From the NCBI GenBank assembly GCA_964234715.1, contig OZ174290.1: 64,000 nucleotides of DNA. One strand, given 5' to 3'. Below the pieces are notes generated by a model. The model did no database searches. It saw only the letters and a program-made list of their open reading frames with translations, and was not told the origin of the DNA. The position numbers and the translations under genes are program-made. This stretch comes from Podarcis melisellensis (lineage: Eukaryota). This document shows, piece after piece, positions 49,445-63,279 of this stretch. Each line of letters begins with the position of its first letter. Position 1 is the first letter of the stretch.

Positions 49445-51099
49445 GGTACAGCTCTGCAGAAAGGTTAGTTGGTTTCCCCATCTTGTCTTTCCCTGCACAT
49501 GGATGTTAGAAAAAGGTCCAGAGGGACTCCATGGCCAAACCAAGTCCTTACATCGGCTGGGGGCATTATTTGTTTCTGGCCAAGAAAGGGAAAAGGTCAG
49601 TTCCCACAAACCACAGTGCTCCCAGCCACTACAAGGATATTCAGTGTTAATGCAGGAACCTGTTTATGAGAATCAACAGCTAGCCAATTCCAGCCTGGTT
49701 ATGCCTTTGCAGATAGACCTCCACTCCACTGGCACCACAGCTGAAGTCTGTGCTGCTGACCGGAAGAGACTTCAGCCTTTTTCCATCTGCTCATGCTGGG
49801 CTGCGCAAAACGTCTCCCGCATCCCTACCCCATTTCTAAAGCCAGGCAGCAAACCTAGGACTTTGAGTAGCAGGAGAGCATCACGTTCCCTCCTTATAGT
49901 AACAGGATGGCAAAATCCCAACCAACAAAGGTCTCTGTGTCACCACTGGTGACTGGGCGGCAGCTCCAACAAACACAGGTGATCCATTATTTACATATTC
50001 AGTTTCTAAATATTGATGCTAAAAGCACATTTCAAGGCCGACCCCACACTTGGCTTCTCTTCAGATGGGCTTTTCACGCCATAAGGAGCCCCTTTCCAGA
50101 GGAGCTATGTGGGTCCAAAGCTCTTGCCAGGACGGAGCCATTACGCACAAGAAATGGCCCCCTTTGCCCCCTCCTCCCCAAATCACTTAAAAGCTCAAGC
50201 AAGCTTAATCAGTCCAAGCCTGAGAGACCCAATGCACAGCGTGTTGCAAGCTAAGAAACTTCGCTTTACAGCACTGGCAGGCTGATTCCAATATTTTCAT
50301 CCTGGGTACACACACTATCTAGCATTCCCCCACTGACCCATTTTTACATTCAGGTAACTTAGGCAGCCAGTTTGCCCCAGCACCTCCAGTGCCTTTCCCC
50401 TGCTCTCCAGTACTGCTCACCCAAGGCTAACTGGGGGGCCCTAGACAAAGACAGCAACCACTAGGGCACTGCTAGTAGGCCAGAGGAAACACCCACTGAC
50501 TCTGGCACCTCCCTCCAGTGGCAGAAGAATCTTCAAAAGCATGTTTCACCCACCAGCAACAGAAAACTATTTAGGAATAAAGGAAGCCTATCAGAAGGAA
50601 CATGCTGGATGGGCAGGTATGGTCGCCCTTTAACACTCAGGGGTTCCAAGACTTCCGTCCCTCCAAACAGAAGGAAACAGAAGGAGGACATGAAAAGCTG
50701 TTCATGAAGGACACACAAAGTACAAATGGCACATGCCTCCAAAAACAGCAACATTCAACCAATCAGCATGCAGCCCCTGGAGGGTTAGCCTCTGATCCAA
50801 ATCACTGTAGAGGGGATTCTTTCCTCTTGCACTACAATCCCAAGAATTCCCTAAAAATGTCTGCTGCAGAAAACTGCAGGTTGAGGAAAGTTGCCCTTGT
50901 CAGAATTTCAGGGCACGGAAATGTTTTTGCCCCTCCTCCACGGTGTAATCCAGATCAGGGTTTCACAGCTACTACTAAAACACAAACATGTGAAAATGCA
51001 TTTAACAGAAGGTTTGGCGTGGCCCTAAGCTCACCCTACACAGAGGGAGCCGTAGAGAAGTGGGAAGGCTCACATAACACTTTCTCATGTTGCAGTACT

Positions 51100-51178
51100 A
51101 CAGCTCCCCATCCCTGACCATTGGCCATGCTAGCTGGGACTGATTAAAGTTGTAGTTCAGCATCATCTATAGGGCTAG
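51100..51178. mobile_element. older partial relative of the hAT hairpin MITE
   Basis: catccctgaccattggccatgctagctgggactga...gttgtagttcagcatcatct. Confidence 0.55.
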
Positions 51179-53217
51179 AGGCTAGAGGCCTGCACTCTAA
51201 GGACTGCAGGGAGTCCACAAGGTGCACTTGCTCTTTGCTCCTCAAAACCATCAGCGATAAATCCCCATATTCATTTCCCCTCCCTTGACAGCAATTTGCG
51301 GCTGCTTTATGGCAGACATCAAATAATCCACTTGCTTTCTCTTAGTTTATGCTGTCCCCTTGGGGGAGCAGCAGGTCAGTGGGTTAAAATCACCCAGGAA
51401 ATACCCTTGTGGCAGAACACAGATAAACATGTATTACAGATCTGGAAGCGAGCCACAAAGTTCACCTCTGCCACACGTTCAGTACATCTCATAGCCAGCC
51501 AGGGAGAGTTGAGTGGCAGCTGGAAACCAACAGCACATCCCATGGCGGTTCCTGTCTCATTTGTCAATGTGCAGCCCCCCTTCCTCACACCATTTCACAA
51601 GATGGTGAGAGAGCACCACAAGATCTTGCGGGGCTCTCACAAGATATCTCTGGATCCTGAAAGCCGCAGCCCTGCCCCCAGTAAGCAAGGCCTCCACAGG
51701 GGCAGCAAGGTGGGGCAGGAAGGCATGGGGTAACACTTTCCCATTTCTCCTCAGGCAGCAAAATAGGATAGGTTGCCCCTGGTCAGTGAGGATCTGGTTG
51801 CACTACACTGAGCAGGATTCTGGCCCAAGAGATCTCATTGTATTTAGCTTGTGGAGTGGCACACACTATGAGCATCTGAGTCCTTTGAATGGTTCAAAAA
51901 CAAGCTGGGCTCAGAAGTCATCAAAAGCCAAGTTTAGAGCACCAGGCTTACAAGCATGAGGGTGCCAGAAGTGCAATGAAAGACCTTAATGAAGCAAGAC
52001 AGTCTAGCACTGAAATTCACTAGTGCTTGGGGCAGTTGAAGCAGAAAAAGGAATTAATGTCAATATGCACAGCAAAAATGAATTTTCTAAAAAGCCATGG
52101 AAGGTTAAGTGTGGGGCTTGTGCAGAAGTAATGGATCTCTGACTTTGGAAGTGGGAAATGGGTCCTGGAAAAATCAGTTCTGCCTCAGTTCTAGACAATA
52201 CTTAGGTGTCTTGGGCTGCTTCCTTCTTATCCCTTCCAGCTTTATATGTCCTTGTTTATTCCACTGATACTTAAGTCCTGCAAGATTTGGCTTGGATCAC
52301 TGCGAAGGCTCATTCCCTGACTTGCTGAAATGCCTCCACTTATCATAAAAAGCTATGTTGCAATTTTGAATTAATTAAAAGCTATAAATTTCAAAAGGTA
52401 GCTGCGTTAGCTCATACCCGCACCTTCCAAAAGAAAGGATGAAAGGAAGGCCACAAACATTTGTGCACTATGGCTTAACATGTCCTTCAAGACAGCACAT
52501 TCAGCCCCTGCCAAGCTCCCCTCCTCGCTCTGGGCTGGTGCAGAGAAGTGAGAGCCCTACTGAAAAATAGATTGTGTGCCTAAGGTGACAGAATCACAAT
52601 GTTTTGCAGGTATTCCAACAAGAGTCTCAAACTCTGAAGTACACAAAACTGGTGCCGGAAAACTAAAAACATGTGCTTGAGTCATAAAATACTTTACTGC
52701 ACCATCAACAGATCTTCACGCACAGATATAAGTGACCAGGGTTGAGAGGCAGCTTCTCAGATACCCTGGTCCAGAACCCTACAGGACTTTATACACAAGT
52801 AGTAAAACCTTGAAACCAATTGGGTAGCAAATTGGCAGCCAGCACAACACTTTCAAAAAAGGAGTCACATGTCGTCAGTAGGTTGCCCCAGAGAGTAACC
52901 ATGCAGCAGCATTTTGCATTAGCTGCAGCTTACAGAGCATATTCAAGGACAGCCCCTCATAAAGCATATTACGTAACCAAGTCTACAGGTTACCTATACA
53001 ATGGGCCACTGTCGCCAAACTATCCTTGTCAAGAACAGCTGTGGCTGGTGAACCCTCCAAAGCTAGTAAGACCACTCCTAGACACTGAAGGCACTTGAGG
53101 CTCCAGTGACAACGCTCGATCAAGGATATTTCAGACCAAGTTCTGAGAAAACACAATGCACACAGCTGTGGAGCTCACCTAATTGGCATGTGCCTCTTGT
53201 CCTCTTATCCTCTAGAT

Positions 53218-53353
53218 CAGTGATGGCCACATTTGGCCCTCCAGCTGTTTTGGGACTACAATTCCCATCATCCCTGACCACTGGTACCGTTAGCTAGGGA
53301 TGATGGAAGTTGTAGTCCCAAAACAGCTGGAAGGCCAAGTTTGGCCATCACTG
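53218..53353. mobile_element. 136-bp palindromic hAT MITE, end type cagtgatggcca
   Basis: Hairpin; perfect 8-bp TSD ctctagat (53210-53217, 53354-53361). Confidence 0.93.
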
Positions 53354-54279
53354 CTCTAGATCAAGGGGTGGAGAGGTAAGAGCTTCCATTCAAAGGGGTG
53401 ATGGCAGGGATGGTGGGTTTCCAAAACCTGCCTTCTTTCCCCCAATGAATGAGTCAACAACTTAAGTGGAGTCAGATGCTGGCAGTAACAACCCCTCCTT
53501 CTAGGCAGGGGTCCATCAGGGACATCTCCCAGACTCCAATTCTACTCCTTTTCCCTGCCCCCATGCAAATGTGGAGTGATGCCTGGGCATTTCTCAGTCA
53601 CTCTCAGTTTAAGAAAGAGTCACCTTCCCTTACACTGAAGGTTCTGACAAGGTCCCTTTTTGTACAAGAGACACGTCCCTATCCCACTGCTAGCATGCAT
53701 GCAGGAAGCAAAGCATTCATTCCAGGATGCTCACCTTATCCCCTTATGGCCTTGTCATAAGCACAACAAGGCAAGCAGAGCTCGGAAACACATTGCAATC
53801 TATCCCCTATTTTCTGAGCCAGCTCACAGCTGGTTGGCTATGAAGGTTAATGGGAATCCGATTATTTTCTCCTCTCCTCCTTTATTCCTTTATCCATTTG
53901 CATCACAGAAAACTGAAACAAAAGCTGTGTTTTGCATCTCCACTCATTACTCCCTTACATTTGTTAATATCTTGATCTTTAAGCCAAGAAGAGAAGAGTT
54001 ATCAGGGTGCATGGAGCTTCAAGCATTACAGTGCGCATTTAGGAATCTGCTTTCCTGAGTGAAAGCCAAGTCATAGGCCACCGGAAGCAAGTTGCAAAGA
54101 CCGTTTCATTACCTGTTGCCATTCCTCACACCGGGTGACAAGTGTAAGTTGAACACTCAAAATATAAAAAGGTCCTGGGCAATGACAACTTCACCATCAT
54201 ATTCAGCTCTTCCTCTATACCTGCCCACAAACGAAAAGTATAGAAGTAACAGGGCGAACCACAGGGGCGAGCACCAGCA

Positions 54280-54385
54280 ACGCCTGGAGTTCAGTGGGAG
54301 GGCACCTGTTTTACATGCCTAATATCCCCAGGTCAACCTCTGACATCTTAGGCAACTAGAGGGATCCTGAAGAGTGCTGCCAGTT
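54280..54385 (+). mobile_element. degraded Squam3-like SINE
   Basis: gttcagtgggagggcacctgttttacatgc...cccaggtcaacctctgacatct...gagtgctgccagt. Confidence 0.5.
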
Positions 54386-55712
54386 GGAGACCATCCTGGC
54401 TGAGAAGGAAGCATCTTCGTAAATTCACACTATCTTCATGTTTCTCAGGGTTTAACAAATCACCATATAAACTTGTAAAATGTGAGAAAATAAAAAACAT
54501 GTACGAGGAATGTGGGATTCCTTTTGTGGAACATACTTCCAAGTGAAAGTGCTCAGAAACAAGACATTCCATTAAAATCAAAAACATTTTAATCCCAAGA
54601 TTTCTGGACTTCAGTATTACGAATGCTCTGCCATTTGTTTAGCTACATAGGCCCTGGGGTTCTTCCCTACAGGAAGAGGACCTGAGGACTCACTTAAGGA
54701 AGGCCCCTTTCCCTTATGAAGAGAACAGCAGGAACTAAAGATTTCAATAGCTCACTGGGATTCATACATCAGTTAACAATGCACAAACAAAAGTTTGTGT
54801 CTTCTGTCTTTGGGCCAAGCTCCACCCAAGTCTCCTGGCATGGTGGCTGAAACAGCCAAGCCATAACCCTGATCCCAGTTGGGATAGACTGGGATCATAT
54901 GCAGAGGAAGAGGCTGGCTCCTGGACAGAACCATGTGCAAGAGATAAGTTCACCATACATGGTGGGGGCAATTCCAAATGAGTGGTTTCCTAAGAATTCT
55001 CTCCTCTTCTGGTGTATGCCTTGTCTTGCTAGTAGCAGTCTTTCATATCAGTTCTTAAGAGAATCAAGCAGTCAATAGAGGCCTGTTGTTATCCCTTGCA
55101 ATGAGCCACTCACCATTTACCCATGGTCAGTTATAGAAAGACAATCTTAGATTTAAAAATATGTGGCCATCAATAAAGGAAAAACATATTCAGTAATGTG
55201 TCATAATTTATCCTTAGTGACTCTGCTTGATGTACTTGCTTGAGTTCCTGATTTTTTTGTTTTATTTTTTATTTTGTTGCAAATCAGAAATAAAACTGTT
55301 TTTAAAAGTTTTAAACTAGGTTTCACAGGTTCTTGGTTTCAACTGCTACCCAAAACCCAGCCAGTGCTGCAAATCACTGAAATCAGCCATGAGGCATCCA
55401 AATGATGCAGCTCCCCAAGGTTGGGGGATATACCAACTAGTAGCGCTATGGATGGACTTCCCGCTACACCCCCTGTGAGTAAGGACCCCAGAGCAAGTCA
55501 AGCCCCCCACCCACCCAACTGCTCACAGACACTGTTCACAAGGGCCTCACTCAGGAGAAGAAGCTGGTTAATTATAGGATAATGAAGGCCCAGCCAGAGG
55601 ATTTCGCTGCCTGCATCACAGTGGGGCAGATCAGTGCATTAGTGTCATGCTTCTTTCTCTGCAGGATCAACAATTTCTGATGGGGTGGCAGCCGTCTCAC
55701 CCACTCTCTTGC

Positions 55713-55891
55713 AACAAAAACAAGGAGGAGTCTTGTGGCACTTTAAACTCTGATGGTTTTATTTCAGCTGAAGCTTTTGTGGGCTACCCTATCAAATGCA
55801 TCTGGTGAAACAGAATCTAGTTCACAAAAGCTTATGCCATAATAATTCTTCTAGTCTTTAAGGTGCTGCAAGACTGCTTGTTGTTTTTGCT
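55713..55891. mobile_element. palindromic Penelope-like terminal-repeat remnant
   Basis: ~70-bp imperfect inverted arms: aaaaacaa..gagtcttgtggcactttaaa..aagcttttgtgg / cacaaaagctt..tttaaggtgctgcaagact..ttgtttttgct. Confidence 0.7.
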
Positions 55892-58800
55892 AGATTTAGG
55901 CTAGATCCATGCACTGCAATTAAATTCTGCGGGACTCTATCAACATCAAGGAAAAAAGGGCTTTTCCCAGAGAAAATGGGCTTGACAGTCTGGATCCAAG
56001 CATCAGAAAACAAGCTCAAATGTGTGAAGACTGGAATCTAAGGGGGAAACCAATGTGTCTTGTTTACATTGGTTCAGAAGTGATCCATTGTCACCTGGAC
56101 TGGAAGAGAGGGTCTCTGGAACAGACCTCTTGCGTTCCCTCCCCCACCTGAAAGCAGCCTTACGGAAATCCGCCACTAGCCCAACACAAGTGAGTTGGTT
56201 GTACAATTTCATAGGAGACCAGTCAATGCCACTCCAGGTTCCTGAGTGGGCCATTTTGCAGCCATCATGGGTCTGAGCCAGGGAATATGCTGTGAATCCA
56301 TCTATGCCAAGACCATTTCTTTCAAGAATGTTCCAGGTATGCTGGTACACAACATGCAAGAAGCATCCGGTTGGACCTAGGAGGACAACAGCTGAGCACC
56401 TTAGAGAAGGAGAGTGGCTCTACATGAGAAGTCAGAAATAAACCTTGCTCTTATGGAATAGCACCCATGTCAGCAAAGAAAGGATAGAGGCAGAGGCCCA
56501 GCACCTTGCAGAAAATGATCCCAGAGATTGTTCTGAGGCTCATTACCAGAACTGCTCTCATTACAGGGCAGGGGGGAGGACACAGAGGCCTCAATGTGCA
56601 CTGAAGCAAGGGCAGTGAGCATTCTCTCTCTCTCTGGCATCACCTGTGGTTGCAGCGCATTATCACGCAAGGCCTTGTGAGGAGGCTGGAACAAAGTCAA
56701 AACTGCAAGACTCGGCCAGAGGAAGGAAGGTAATTTCTGCCAAGGGAGGCTAACTGTCTTACAAGGTAAACAAAGGTCAAACACGCTCCAGACTGTCATA
56801 TGCAAAGTGCACTCAAGCTGCCTCATCAACGCTCTCCTCCTTAACAAAGGGCTGCAATATGTCATATGGGGAACCTTCTGAACAGCCAGTTTCTTTTCTC
56901 CACACACTCCTATCTCAAAGACAGTAATTCACATTAAAGAGAATAGATGAGCTGCACAGTAGAAACTGAACTACCAGCTTCCTAAGTGGACAGGACGTGG
57001 CTTGGAGAACTGAACCCCTTCTTCCAGCTCAAGCTTGGAGGCCCAAGGGATGCTAAATGCAGCTTCCTCTCTCTACCTTAGCTGAACAGCCACCACCAGC
57101 ATGGACTGGGCCTGCAGAATCTACCATGATCTAAATCTGAAGACAGGCCAAATATCAGGGTACTTCCACATGCAATCCCAGTAGAAAACCAGCTGGTTCC
57201 CATTAGAACTATTCCCCCACCCATTTATTATAATAAAATATTAATTAAAGAAGAAGAAGAGCCATCCCTTCACCCAGGCAGGAGGTGCCTGACAACAAAA
57301 ACTGCATTAAAGAACTGGCTCAGAGGGGAGAATGGGGTTTAAGGAGGCTGAAACATAGCAAAGGAGCAACAGGACTACAAGAACAAGCCCCAGTTATCCA
57401 GAACAAGCTTTGTGCCCTGGAAGGAACCACACCCAACTGCTCCTGCACACAAACCAACACACACCCAGCTATGACAGCTGTATTTCCATCTCCACTCCCT
57501 ACATCCTGGTTCCTGCCTCTGACACACAGATCTGCCGGGCCAAGGGCACCACCGCCTACCCATATGGTGCGGATGTTGCTGATACCACCATTACCCCCCC
57601 CCCTGCTTATTTGTACAGCTCCTCCTTAGGCATACAGAGAGGCATACAAGCCTGCAGTGAATGTTGGCCCTTCATTCTCTCCCAGATGATGTTAGAAAGC
57701 ACTTGCTGCTCCACCTGTGTGGAGCTAGAGAGGAGAAGCATCAGGAGGAGAAGAGGGCAATGATTGATATTCCAAGGAAGGTGGGGTCCAACTTGCACCA
57801 AAGTCTACAAGTTCTGTTAGCTTTCAGTGAATCTGAAAGAGCTAGGACAGATCTGGAGATTGACCAAACCATTCAACCCCTCAATCAAAAAGCACATGAA
57901 GTTAGGTTAGCAGCGAGAGGAGATAAATGGAAGATTTGCATCCAGAGAAGGGGCAGAAGTTGATGTTTATGAAATATTACTCTGAAGCACCGAGAACTAA
58001 AGACTTGCTTCACTTACAGTGATAGCTCCTAGATGCAGCACAGAAGCACAATCACACGCTCCTCCCTCCATTTTATATGAGCAGCTGTCTCATTCCCCCA
58101 TTCGGTTCTTCTTCAGACATAAGAATTGAATTGGAATCACCAATTCAGAAAGAGATACCCTTTCTCGCTTTTAAAGTTTTCACCTAGAAGCACATTCAAA
58201 ACACAAACACATGCACACACATGATCCAGCCAACACCAAGAACCAAGAGAATATGAGATCAGCTTTGGTGAGGCTTTGCCACCAAAGTTTTCTTATACAT
58301 GGAGAAAATGGACAGCTGCTAAGGGAGTGATGCTGAAACTAGGTTGGCAATACAAAGGCAGGGAGAGAACAATTGGCGGAAGGAGCCAAAAAGGGAAAGG
58401 GGCAGATGTCACACATGCCTCTGGGCTCCGGCAACACACCCCTGGCTAAGCACACAGTGCAGAACACACTCATCCAATGGACATTCAATGACAACACGCA
58501 GCCAGCGATTCTGCTGGTGTCACCAATTTTCAAAGCCTGCAGCAGAACATGCCTCCTAACTGCAACTGAAATCTACATTTCAGAGAGAAGCTCTCCCCAC
58601 CCCCACCCTGCATCAGCACCAGTCTGAAAAGAGGGTCACTCTGCTGGGATGTAACGAAAGCACCAGGACAAAGTGTTAGGTGCCAGTAAGAGAAAAAGAG
58701 AACAGTCACCCCGACACGTCACCTTGTTCTCAGGTCACATCTGTCCCTGCAGGCTATCAGCCAACAAAACCCAAACCCTAAACTGTATTGTGCTTTCAGG

Positions 58801-59131
58801 ATGAACACCTTCACAACAAGCAGATTTTGCATGAAAAGCTTTAAAGAGCAAGGGAGGGAAACAAGCTATATAAAGCCATACAGCAAACACCCCAGAATTC
58901 CAAGGTGCTGCTCCATTTGGAAGTGTTGCAAAAGGTTTCATGCTTTGTACACAAAATGCAGTTCTCCACAAGGAAGCAAGAGCACAGTTTCTGCAACGTA
59001 TTACCAAAGCTCAAAACGAAAGTGCTGCCATCCATGGCTTTCACCTGGTGAAAATCCTATGCTCAGGGGGCAGAAGGGTTTTCATGGTCCAGGCGAACAA
59101 GACTTTCGTCTGGAGGCTAAACTGTGTTCGA

Positions 59132-59203
59132 AGGGTCTTGTGGCACCTTAAAAATGTTAACAAATTAAGATAAAAGCTTGCAGGAACTAGAGTCCATTTC
59201 ATA
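59132..59203. mobile_element. single arm of the same Penelope-like repeat
   Basis: gtcttgtggcaccttaaa...aagcttgcaggaactagagtccatttcat. Confidence 0.55.
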
Positions 59204-62200
59204 AAAGGGAAGTTTGGCCAAGGCCTCCCAGCAAACGGACTCTCAGCAGAACCGTCAGGCCCCCAGAAGCCTAGGTGCGATGCTGCTGTGCCTCAGCCAT
59301 GAGGCCAGTGCACATGTTCTCTCCTTTCCTTCTTCAGCAGCAGCATCTACTAGCAGGTGGCCCTACCAGCCCTACTGCCAGCCAAGCCCACAGAGAGAAG
59401 GAAAATTAAGAAACAAGCAGAGCTACCAAGGATCACCAGGAGTCAAGCACCAAGCAGCTGGCTAAGCACCTTTTAATGTGCTGCTGCCCCATGAACAAAC
59501 TTTCCCCTGAATTTATTTCACCTTCCTACACAGGAGAATGGCAGGAGCTTACGTGAATGGATGGAAATTCCACCAGACTTGGCTGGCACTTCCCGAAGTC
59601 ATCCACTTCCCCCCTTCCCATAGAAAAGAACTGTGCCACAAGCACTTTGGATTAGCCCAGCTGCTGCTGCTACTGCTGCTGTCCCTCCTACACACTCAAA
59701 GTGTTGTCAGGATCATTTTTCATGGAAGGGACAGGGGAATAAGAGGCACAAGTGTTAACAACTCTGAAGTCCACAGGCCTGCTGTAGCAGCAGCAGAGGG
59801 AGGATTAACTCTTTCGCCCCAAAGGTCAACCAATGAGATACTTGTCAAGAGATGACAAGGGGCGGCAGCAGCTGCACAGCCCCTTCAGATCAGCTTTTCA
59901 AACAGCATTGCTCACCCCACAGTGGGTGCTCATACCTGGTTCTGAAAATTTAGCTAGTGCAGCCATGGCAGCATGAGCAGAATTGTGCACCTTGAGGGCA
60001 ATGGTGTCAAGGGCATGGTGGGCCAGATTTCATCTGCAAGGCCAAACGACCATTTGAGGGCTGGGCAATGGAGGCAAGGTTGACTGGGAGACGCCTGAAT
60101 TTGCCCACAACCCAAGCGCTAAAGAGCACAGTGATTTAGCCAGGAAAGTTCTGCTCCACTGTTTATGATGGATGCAGCTGTTTGTTTCTCTGCCACACAG
60201 AGAGACGATTCAGTGGCGAGGAAGCTACTGCATTTCCAGAGCGGAGTACTGAAGGGCAGCTGCAGAGAGAAGGGATTGCTCAAGAGGAAACATAACAAGG
60301 CTGGAGCCCAGCATGGAGCTGCTTCAAATGAAATGCAGATGAGATTCAAATGAAGAGCTCTCTCTTAAGGGAGCCACTGCCATTTCAAAACAAGAAGGGA
60401 ACAGTCGCCTCCTCTCCCAGCCTCGCCACCTGGGTGCCACATAGGGTCTTGGAGAGGCACCCTCCAACACCCTGGAGGTTCTACTCTGGGGCTATGGGCA
60501 GCCAGGCCACGGGCAAATCCAGGATTTAATCCTCTGTATCCACAAAGCCCCTCTTGTGCAGCACAGTTGTAGGGACAGGAGCAGTTGTGAAAAAAGTATT
60601 AAAGGTAGACAAAAGACACCCACATTTCAGATTACATATATGGGCATATATGTTTGATTTTTGCCGTGGATTTACAATGTGAGCTTTACACAGCAAAGTA
60701 TTTCCTTTCCAATTTGGAGAAGAGCACAGATGAGCTATTATGGACAATTCAGCACTTGTGAAAATAATGGTGATTTTAACGTCTTTACTCAAAAATAAAT
60801 ATCAGTGCAAATCTCTAACTTTGTTCTTGCCTGAAACTTTTGATTGAAAAATAGAAAGGTTAATAATGGGGCATAATTTACTTCTTCAAAAGTAGAGCTG
60901 GACTTTAATTCAAACTGGGAGCTTGTTACGTGGAACTGCTGCATCCCACAGCTGATTCATACGTAACAAGCAGCTTTGAAGCCTGAGAATCACTGCTCAC
61001 AGCAGTGCCCTACTTGTCCCAGCAGTGCCATGTCGGCAAGGCATACTCACAGAAGATGCAGCATAGGGACAAGTCAGCCCTGTGCATGGAAGCTGCTGCG
61101 CCTTCTGCGAGTCAGCTTTGCTAGCATGGTACTGCTTGCAGAAGTAGAACACCGCCATGGGCAGCGATTCACACCTTTCACAGGCACTCCTCCATAACAC
61201 ATAATGACGCAGCTCCCAAAAGTAAAAAGGTCTTGGGAAGATTTTCTGGATTTTGCATTCATACAGCACTCCTCTGTAAATGCATACAAGCACAGCATCT
61301 GAACAGTCCATCCTATGCCCTCAGTTGTCTACAAAAGAAAGTGGCAGAGAAGAAATCCTACACTAAAAGGAGGGCCTTCTCCCAGATTCATCAGAATGAC
61401 AAAAGAAGCAATAATTATAAGTTAGAAAACCTAAAGCCTGGTGGTGCCTTGTTCCTCAGGCCTTATAGAGCCGCAGCTCAAAAACACACACAAAACAAGC
61501 AATTATTTAGACAGCAATTAAAAGATGAGAATTTTTATGTTTGGAAGTGGGAGTATCAAAAGCACAAGTGAAATGTAAGGGGCAATGAGGAGGATTTGAG
61601 AGAGCTCCACAAACAAGCAGTTGCTTCCCAGGCAGAAGAGGCTCCCCAGAGGGATATCAAAGGACAGGCAGAGGCCCCAATCCAAGATCAGCAGGCAAGT
61701 GTTCTGGAACTGCAGTCACAGGACAGCTCAGTTATTTTAATTTCATGGCCTTTATTGACCAAAGTCTACTGCACAAAGAACATACTTCTAGAGAACATAG
61801 CTCCCAAAACAAAGCCCTTCTCAGCCTCAATCTAGCTGAGAAAGAACGCAACAGAAAATTAACTCTGATTCAGTATTGGCCTCCAAAAGCTCGCCAACCA
61901 CTGGCCCCCAATGCTGGTTGTCTCAAGAGTTGAAGACCACCAGGGAACAGTAGGCACTTCCTGCCTGTGACCTCAGTTTCCTTCCTCACGCCCCTCCTCA
62001 AGAAAAATGTCCGCCAAAGGAAGAGTGATGCTCTCCATAGCTGCTACCCAAGAAGTGCTCTTCAGCTGGAAGCTACAAAGCAGTACAGTAAGCCCGCAAC
62101 ATACGCACATTTAATTTGTGCACATTCAGGTTTACATGCATCTGGGGGAAAGGACTTTGGCAATCCCACCTGCCATTGAACCCAATGTGTTTTGGCTATA

Positions 62201-62394
62201 CGTCGTTTTGGCTTTAGGTGCAATCCCCAGAACATAACCCACACACAAGTTGAGAGCTTACTGTACTGCGATTGACTGTCCACACTACTAAGAGTACTGA
62301 GTTCTTCCTAGGGGTGTGCCTCAATATGCTCTGTCCACCCTAGCTGCTATCCAATTCACCTGAGCAACCACCTAAGCACACATTCACTATAGCC

Positions 62395-62530
62395 CAGGCA
62401 TAGGCAAAGTCAGCCCTCCAGATGTTTTGGGACTACAACTCTCATCATCCCTAGCTAACAGGACCAATGGTCAGGGATGATGGGAACTGTAGTCCCAAAA
62501 CAGCTGGTGGACCGAGTTTGCCTATGCCTG
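62395..62530. mobile_element. 136-bp palindromic hAT MITE, end type caggcataggcaa, opposite orientation
   Basis: Hairpin; TSD ctatagcc / ctctagcc (62387-62394, 62531-62538; 1 mismatch). Confidence 0.92.
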
Positions 62531-62690
62531 CTCTAGCCTTTCCAGTGGGCACCATTTTATCACCCTTTTTATTCTTTTTTTAGGACAGTATATAAATTTA
62601 AATAATAAAATAATAATCTTTTTATAAAGCAGAAAAAACATTTTCTGATTATATTTTAAAATATTTTTATTAACTCAACAATTCTGTATT

Positions 62691-62815
62691 GTTGTTGTTG
62701 TTGTTTAGTCGTTTAGTCGTGTCTGACTCTTCGTGACCCCATGGACCAGAGCACACCAGGCACTCCTGTCTTCCACTGCCTCTTGCAGTTTGGTCAGACT
62801 CATGTTTGTAGCTTC
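62691..62815 (-). mobile_element. RTE-BovB LINE 3' end, heavily 5'-truncated
   Basis: (GTT)n then tttagtcgtgtctgactcttcgtgaccccatggaccag...ccaggc; flanked by attctgtatt (62681-62690, 62819-62828). Confidence 0.85.
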
Positions 62816-63279
62816 TGTATTCTGTATTTCTTTGATACTAAAAAAGCAAAATGGACCTTAACGGAAAGAGTGTTACTGCTCCATCAGGCCTGCCACTAAA
62901 CTGCAGACTGGTCATTATGACAACAACTGCTTAAGAATCAATGTCAGAGTTTGATCCTCCTACCTTCTTTCCCTGCCTGTCCCTTTCCCTTTGCATGCCA
63001 CGTTTTTTAGACTGTAACCCTGCAGACAGGAATGGTCTCAGCCTAAAGCTGAGAACAAATGCTATAAATAAATAAATTTTAAAATGACAATCTTGGGGGA
63101 AACAACTTTCTGGTCCCTATAATTTTAGCAAGGTGGCTAATGGCAGTGACTGGAAAGATTTTTTTTAATTGATTGGCCTAGTTTTATGGCACTATTAACA
63201 CTCTTTCACTTAAGTGGAATTCTGCTGTTTTAATTACTTTTCGGGGGGGGAGTTATTGACTTACAGTCATAACCATATC

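Noticed and set aside
57688-57780. Possible plus-strand exon (ctctcccag|...gaag|gtgggg)
   Set aside because: Weak donor and unrecognised peptide.
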